DNA of 32,000 nucleotides from Candidatus Harpocratesius repetitus (lineage in GTDB: Archaea > Asgardarchaeota > Lokiarchaeia > Sigyniarchaeales > Promethearchaeaceae): assembly GCA_021498095.1 (NCBI GenBank), contig JAIZWK010000001.1:630001-662000 (forward strand), in the 5' to 3' direction. The notes beneath the pieces were generated by a model. That model ran no database searches and was not told the origin of the DNA. It saw nothing but the letters and a program-made list of their open reading frames with translations. This document shows positions 26,468 to 32,000 of this stretch, piece by piece; position 1 is the stretch's first letter; the number at the start of each line of letters is the position of its first letter. The position numbers and the translations under genes were made by a program.

Positions 26468-28837
26468 TTAGGGTTTTCCAGAATGAGAAGGTTTTTTTAC
26501 CTGTTGTTTTTTCTGTCGTATTCGAATGATAATCACAGCGATTAATGAAATGCTTATAGCTGCACCTGCAATAATTGCCAGAATTTGCCATAATTGTCCA
26601 AGATCAAGATTATTATCATCTGAAGATGGAGTATTTGAATCTGTAGTATCCGTTGGAGAAGTTGTTGTATTTGTGTTAGTGGTCGTGCTTGAGTTTGAGT
26701 CTGGGTTTGAATTTGTGTCGTCTGAGCTTGTGCTGACAGTGCGATTCCAATAATTCATAAGATCTTCCAATGAAACTTGTGGAAAATAGTTCGGATCGAA
26801 CGAGGTTTGGTTTAAATTATTGGTTATTACGATTGTTTCATTACCAGTATTATAGTAAATCTCTAGCCATGTAGATTCGTTATTTGCATAGCAGTTATCT
26901 GAAATTGTAACATTTTCAAAATCTTCAAAATATACTGGATTAGAAAAATTAACTATCCAATTGTGCGTAAAGGTTACGTTTGTAACTTCTGAAAAAATTA
27001 AAGGGTAGGAGGAAATATTGGAAAAGACACAATTTTTAATAACAAGATTTGTGACATTCCAAAAATCTAAACCACTACCTTCTGAATAGAAAAATGAAGA
27101 ATTCATTAAAGTAAGGTTAAGAACATTTTCTGCTCTCAATAGGTAATTGGTGGAATTTGATACAGAGATATTAAAAAAGGCAATATCTGTAGAATCTACA
27201 ACTTGGATTCCATCATTTGTGCCTTGAAAAACAGCATTAAGAATGAGAAAATGTTCACAATTTGTTATATATAATTCTCCAATCTCTCCTAATGTAAGGA
27301 TCTTATTTGAAACTCCGTAAAAATAGTACATTGGCTTACCATCACGTGTGTTTGTATCATCGAATACAACATTTGTAATACTACTGAAATCAAACGTACA
27401 ATGAATAAATGTATTGAAATAACCTGTTACATTTTGGGTGCTTCGTAAATAAATTCCTTTATTTGTATTACTGAATCGATTATTGCGCAATGTCAGATTA
27501 GAAAGAGTGATCGCATATAATGCAACTCCACTTTGTTCAGAAAGAGTTTGTAAAGTACAATTTAAGATTGAACCAAATTGTGATTCACGAATGATAATAC
27601 CATACAAACTACCCAGAATAGTTGAATTTTGAATAATAAAATCTTCAGTATCATAAATCGAAATTCCATTATTACTTGAAGCATTAGTATTACACTGATC
27701 AAGTGTAATATTGAATGAATCAACTATTTGGATTCCTGAATAACCCGAATTTTGAACTTGATAGTGGGAAAAAACAGAATTATTAACGTTATTGATTATT
27801 AGTTGGCTATATAATCCTCCTACTTCATTTAATCCTGTCAAATTTTCGTAATATTTAATGGGTTTTCCATCGATAAGATTTGTTTGAGGGAGAGTCAAAT
27901 TTCGATTCATTGTATCTAAAATTATGCCTTGGGAGGAGAAAAGGTTATTAGTTATTTGTCCACTCTCTGAGGTTGCAATGACCATTGGACCCAATTGAGA
28001 TACTGTAAAATTGTTAGAATCAATCAAGAAATTTGAATGATCTTCTATTATAAGTAAACGACTATAAGAAAATACAGAAGATTCTATTGTATTGTTAATT
28101 ATATGGCATCCTGTTCCACCTGAAATATCAAAAAGACTACCCTCTTTTTGTTGAAAGGTGCAATTTTGGATTAGAAATTGATTAGTGTTTTCAAAAGTAA
28201 TCCCTTCTCTGCGAGAATAAATTTGACATGACTCAATAGTGTTATTTGATCCATACAAGAAATAAAATCCACGCTGGTTAGCCAGATTATCAGCAAGTGT
28301 ATGTTCTATATGAATATTCGAAGAATAGCTTGCATAAAATCCATAAGCATAAGAGGATAAAGAACTATTAACAATAAAGCAATCTTGTACTTCATGTAAA
28401 TTAACTCCATATACTCCACTGATCGTTGAGATATTTTCAATCCTAACATGTGAAACATTATCAAGAAGAAGCGCAGATAGAAGAAATGCAGGATAAGTTC
28501 TTAAAGAAATATTTCGAAGGATTAAGTATCTGTCTGTATTTTTTATAGAAAAGCAAGATTCACGTTCATCGTATGTATCAATAGAAAAATTACCAATGAT
28601 ATGAGCTGTTTCCCAACTCATTCCTGTTGTTCCATTTCCACCACAAAAAGCATCCAGTTCAGCATTACCTGATATAATGATTTGAGAGTGCTCAGCAGAG
28701 GCTTTTATAACAGGCAATTCTGAATCTATTGGGGCATTTCCCAAGATGATCGGAAGATTTCCCGTTAGTAGTAAGATAAATATTCCAATATAGAATACTT
28801 TTGAATGTTTGGTTACATATTTTTTCATATATTTCAC
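26468..28837 (-). CDS. Membrane-anchored cell-surface right-handed parallel beta-helix (NosD/CASH, pectin-lyase-like) glycoprotein
   Basis: N-terminal hydrophobic signal, many I-x-N-(C/N)-x-(F/I) coils, two N-x-x-DGKP-x-x-Y motifs, S/T/D/N stalk, C-terminal TM followed by basic residues, many N-x-S/T sequons. Confidence 0.88.
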   Translation of the reverse strand: MKYMKKYVTKHSKVFYIGIFILLLTGNLPIILGNAPIDSELPVIKASAEHSQIIISGNAELDAFCGGNGTTGMSWETAHIIGNFSIDTYDERESCFSIKNTDRYLILRNISLRTYPAFLLSALLLDNVSHVRIENISTISGVYGVNLHEVQDCFIVNSSLSSYAYGFYASYSSNIHIEHTLADNLANQRGFYFLYGSNNTIESCQIYSRREGITFENTNQFLIQNCTFQQKEGSLFDISGGTGCHIINNTIESSVFSYSRLLIIEDHSNFLIDSNNFTVSQLGPMVIATSESGQITNNLFSSQGIILDTMNRNLTLPQTNLIDGKPIKYYENLTGLNEVGGLYSQLIINNVNNSVFSHYQVQNSGYSGIQIVDSFNITLDQCNTNASSNNGISIYDTEDFIIQNSTILGSLYGIIIRESQFGSILNCTLQTLSEQSGVALYAITLSNLTLRNNRFSNTNKGIYLRSTQNVTGYFNTFIHCTFDFSSITNVVFDDTNTRDGKPMYYFYGVSNKILTLGEIGELYITNCEHFLILNAVFQGTNDGIQVVDSTDIAFFNISVSNSTNYLLRAENVLNLTLMNSSFFYSEGSGLDFWNVTNLVIKNCVFSNISSYPLIFSEVTNVTFTHNWIVNFSNPVYFEDFENVTISDNCYANNESTWLEIYYNTGNETIVITNNLNQTSFDPNYFPQVSLEDLMNYWNRTVSTSSDDTNSNPDSNSSTTTNTNTTTSPTDTTDSNTPSSDDNNLDLGQLWQILAIIAGAAISISLIAVIIIRIRQKKQQVKKPSHSGKP

Positions 28838-29134
28838 AAACCTAGTAATAACCTATGGAATGATATCGGAGCTTTTCCCTAATATTTTTTTTGGAAGTAC
28901 TTTTCTGATTTTGGGAATTCTTGAAGAAAAATGCATGATTAAGATGTATTGATGTATTATATCAACGAAATGTACTATTGAAAAGCATTAATGAAAAGAA
29001 AATAACAAAACTGGTAATGGCAATTATATTTGAAACATCTAAAAAAGTAGTAAAAGTAAAAAAATCGGAAGTAGTAGTAAAATCAGAAAACGTAGTAAAA
29101 GCAGAAAAAGAGCAAAAAGAGGAAAAAATAAAGA

Positions 29135-29833
29135 TTAACCTGTGGTTCGCTTGGCGGTTTTTAAAATTTCAATATAATCGCTTACATCCTCCACTTTATC
29201 AGAAATAGTTTCCATCATATCTATAAAATTACAGATCTGCAATGCGACAAATGCGTTAAACTCCAAACTTGGAATTTTATTTAAGGCTTCATATAATTGG
29301 GAATGTAAAACATCTACTTCATGTTCCATGCTTTGAATTTTCTCACAAATTTGGAATGTTTCACGATCGTCCATTGATGGAAGATTTTTAATCAGGTTGT
29401 ATAAGATTTTAGTTGCTTCTACAGATCGCTGTATGATATAGATGCACTTCTCAAGTATAGGCATTCCTAGGCTGAAAACATGTTCGTAATTTAATCCCAT
29501 TAAGCGACGCGCGGCACCATCAGTCGTATTTGCAATACGATCAATACGCTTTACTAAATGAGATAAATCTTCCCGCATTTGAGTGGTTAATTCACTTTTA
29601 GAGATTTGCACTAAGATTTCTCGACGAATAATATCAGCTTCATTTTCGAGATGATCCACTCGCTTAAATATTTCATTGGCTAAAGCAACATCTCGTTCAT
29701 TTACATATATTGAAAAGCCGCGTTCAAATTCTACTACAGTTTCAAGGACTTTTTGCATATGGTTGTTCGCCATTTCATAGATATTGGCGCTACTTCGATT
29801 TTGTAAAAATGTTTTTAATGACATATGGTTCAC
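29135..29833 (-). CDS. DUF47 / PhoU-like phosphate-transport-regulator family protein
   Basis: LENEADIIRR, REDLSHLVKRIDRIAN, MEHEVDVL and ETISDKVEDVSD give the duplicated helical PhoU-like pattern. Confidence 0.88.
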   Translation of the reverse strand: MNHMSLKTFLQNRSSANIYEMANNHMQKVLETVVEFERGFSIYVNERDVALANEIFKRVDHLENEADIIRREILVQISKSELTTQMREDLSHLVKRIDRIANTTDGAARRLMGLNYEHVFSLGMPILEKCIYIIQRSVEATKILYNLIKNLPSMDDRETFQICEKIQSMEHEVDVLHSQLYEALNKIPSLEFNAFVALQICNFIDMMETISDKVEDVSDYIEILKTAKRTTG

Positions 29834-29956
29834 CGCGCATTAGATTCGAATTATTCGAAAAATATTATATTATTATTATAGAGATACAAGATAAAAAATT
29901 ATGATTAATTGATTTAATAATTTTGATTATTGATTTTATAAATTCATTTTTTAGAA

Positions 29957-31207
29957 TTAATTTACTCTTAGAGTTGCTTCTAATTCTGGTTGGGGTATTT
30001 GGGGGAATACTATTACATATTGGCTGGGATAATATATTGTAATTGTTTCACCTACTTGAAAATTATGTACGGCTACTCTTGTCGTAGGAATTTCTATTTT
30101 TATCAATTTTTTAGGGGGTTCTAAAGATAATTCAACACAATGATTTTTCATTGAATGAGTTTTATTTCCATTTACAAAAGTCTCCAATTGATATGGTGCC
30201 AACATTTCAATCCTAAGCCACGCGCCCATGAACTTTACGCGATTTACTTTTCCAACAATACTATTTGTCTTATCTTGACGCCGCTTATGACGTGCTTGAA
30301 AGTATTGCGATCTAATCAAAAAAGTAACTTTATCACCGATCTCAAAATTCTTTTCTGTTTTGGCAAATAAAAAGAAACCTTCTTTGGTCTGAATAACAAC
30401 ACGCTGTAAGGGTTTACCTTTAAATCCAATCTTTTCCACCATTCGCACTTCTACTACTTTACCATTGAAATAATTCATTTCAGTTGAGAAAAAATTAGCT
30501 ACAAACAAATCAACAGGTTCATATAATATCTCTTGAGGTGTTCCAATCTGACGAATTCTTCCTTGATCTAAAACAACAATCCGATCTCCCATCATTGCTT
30601 CTTGCATATCATTCGTGACGTGCACGGTTGTCATTTGTAATTCCTTACTTTTTGCAATCTTTCGTACTTCTCGCCGTAAATTCATTCGAAGTCCAGCATC
30701 TAGTGCTTTAAATGGTTCATCTAAAATAAGCAATCCTTTTTGTTCTAAAGCCATTATAGCCCGAGCAAGAGCAATTCGCTGCTGCATCCCTCCAGAACAT
30801 TCATGAGGAAGGGCAGAGCCGCGACCTTCTAATCTTACTAGTTCTAAAACTGCTTCTCCAATTGCATATGTTTCAGTATGATTGGATTCATGCATATGAC
30901 GAGCATAACAAATATTATCTAAAACAGTAAGGTGTGGAAAAAGAGCATAAGATTCAAACATCACTCCACAATGTCTTTCATATGGTGGAAAATGTGTTAC
31001 ATCAACACCATCAAATAGAATTTGACCTTTAGTTGGTTGATAAAGTCCAGATAAAAGACCAACTAAGCTTGTTTTTCCTGCTCCTGTCGGTCCCACAATT
31101 GTTAAATATTCTTGATCTTCAATAATTAAATTAATATCATGTAAGATTTCAACCTTATTTTGAATAAATGATACGTGTCTGAGTTCTACTCTAACCATTT
31201 TTATCAC
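29957..31207 (-). CDS. ABC importer ATP-binding subunit (MalK/PotA-like, TOBE domains), catalytically altered
   Basis: Walker A GPTGAGKT, signature CSGGMQQR and Walker B LLILDEP. Q-loop reads FESY and H-loop reads VTND. Confidence 0.9.
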   Translation of the reverse strand: MIKMVRVELRHVSFIQNKVEILHDINLIIEDQEYLTIVGPTGAGKTSLVGLLSGLYQPTKGQILFDGVDVTHFPPYERHCGVMFESYALFPHLTVLDNICYARHMHESNHTETYAIGEAVLELVRLEGRGSALPHECSGGMQQRIALARAIMALEQKGLLILDEPFKALDAGLRMNLRREVRKIAKSKELQMTTVHVTNDMQEAMMGDRIVVLDQGRIRQIGTPQEILYEPVDLFVANFFSTEMNYFNGKVVEVRMVEKIGFKGKPLQRVVIQTKEGFFLFAKTEKNFEIGDKVTFLIRSQYFQARHKRRQDKTNSIVGKVNRVKFMGAWLRIEMLAPYQLETFVNGNKTHSMKNHCVELSLEPPKKLIKIEIPTTRVAVHNFQVGETITIYYPSQYVIVFPQIPQPELEATLRVN

Positions 31208-31228
31208 AGTTTATATAATTGTTTTTTT

Positions 31229-32000
31229 CTATTGTAGATCCATTTCTTTTTGAAGATTTTTTGGATATTTGAATAAACGAACATCATCCATAAATAATCC
31301 TATTTGAATATTGTCCCCTTCACAAAATCGATATTTGAAAGTTTCAGGCTTTGAAATTTCGATTTCATCTCCGTTATCAATTTCAATAATAAAACGTCGT
31401 TCTTTTCCAGTATGGAATTTAGACTTAATTATTGCATCGGTTAAGAAAATGCCTGTCCAATCAGCTTGGGAGTTTTCAAAATCATATCCAAGAGGGAATA
31501 AATAAACATCCTCGGGGCGGAAAGCAACAATTATATTTTCATCTAAAGAAAATCTACTATATGGAGCATTAATTATGAGTTTTGGACCTCCAAGACGGAT
31601 TTTTACGTGATATACATCTGGATGATCTATATGAATAACATAACCTTCTAATATATTGATTCCTCCCAAGAAATTTCCTACAAATAATGATGTAGGATAT
31701 TTGTATAATTCATCTGGTGTGTCTTCTTGTAGAAGATGACCATCTCTCATAATTATAATGCGATCTCCTATTGCCATTGCTTCTTCTTGATTGTGAGTAA
31801 CTTGAATTGCTGTTAAATGTGCATCTTTAATAATATTTCTTAATTCCCATCTAAATTCTGCGCTTATCTTTGGATCCAATGATCCTAAGGGCTCATCCAT
31901 AATTAAAATTCGTGCTCCGCTACATATTGCTCGTGCAATACCTAATCTTTGGAGATCTCCATTTCCCCAGCCGATTGGATATTCGTCAGCACGCTCTAAT
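31229..32000 (-). CDS. ABC importer ATP-binding subunit (5'-truncated by window edge) with degenerate signature
   Basis: The frame stays open beyond 31900 and reads LERADEYPIGWGNGDLQRLGIARAICSGARILIMDEPLGSLD. H-loop VTHNQEEA and TOBE-like C-terminus. Confidence 0.88.
   Translation of the reverse strand, partial: LERADEYPIGWGNGDLQRLGIARAICSGARILIMDEPLGSLDPKISAEFRWELRNIIKDAHLTAIQVTHNQEEAMAIGDRIIIMRDGHLLQEDTPDELYKYPTSLFVGNFLGGINILEGYVIHIDHPDVYHVKIRLGGPKLIINAPYSRFSLDENIIVAFRPEDVYLFPLGYDFENSQADWTGIFLTDAIIKSKFHTGKERRFIIEIDNGDEIEISKPETFKYRFCEGDNIQIGLFMDDVRLFKYPKNLQKEMDLQ

Noticed and set aside
26312-28837. Integrated mobile element at the tRNA-Ile 3' end
   Set aside because: No integrase, and no duplicated tRNA 3' half was seen elsewhere in the window. 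Only the short intron-like repeat was found, and it is reported separately.
28978-29208. 76-aa plus-strand ORF as a confident CDS
   Set aside because: It is low complexity, has a TTG start and overlaps the DUF47 gene by 74 nt on the opposite strand. Kept only as a low-interest observation.
1147-31505. Short (60-104 aa) ORFs nested in or antisense to larger genes, e.g. 1147-1329, 3354-3668, 12390-12602, 16451-16693, 24987-25292, 30615-30806
   Set aside because: They are shadow frames of well-supported genes and have no motifs.

Overview
AT-rich archaeal chromosomal window, about 30% GC by eye. The arcTGT, Trm5 and DUF371 genes, an intron-containing tRNA-Ile(GAU), an MglA-like small GTPase and long coiled-coil/helical-repeat proteins suggest an Asgard (Lokiarchaeia-like) archaeon; this is an inference. 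The most striking feature is a 10.6-kb, nine-gene, same-strand phospho-signalling cluster (5153-15806, minus strand). In transcription order it encodes a vWA protein, four Zn-ribbon proteins with C-terminal FHA or FHA-like domains of decreasing conservation (one with a 9x (P)FPP linker), a Ser/Thr kinase-FHA fusion, a PP2C phosphatase and two PPP phosphatases. Candidate FHA-docking T-x-x-I motifs cluster in the vWA C-terminal tail and in the N-terminal extension of one PPP phosphatase. The cluster sits between housekeeping genes (gamma-CA and AK6 upstream; tgtA, DUF371 and trm5 downstream). Other highlights are a protein built of eight 54-aa three-helix (TPR/MIT-like) repeats, an MglA-like GTPase with a possible divergent roadblock partner, two ABC ATPases with complementary catalytic defects, and a tRNA intron hairpin duplicated just downstream of the tRNA. 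No CRISPR array, integrase or transposase was seen.
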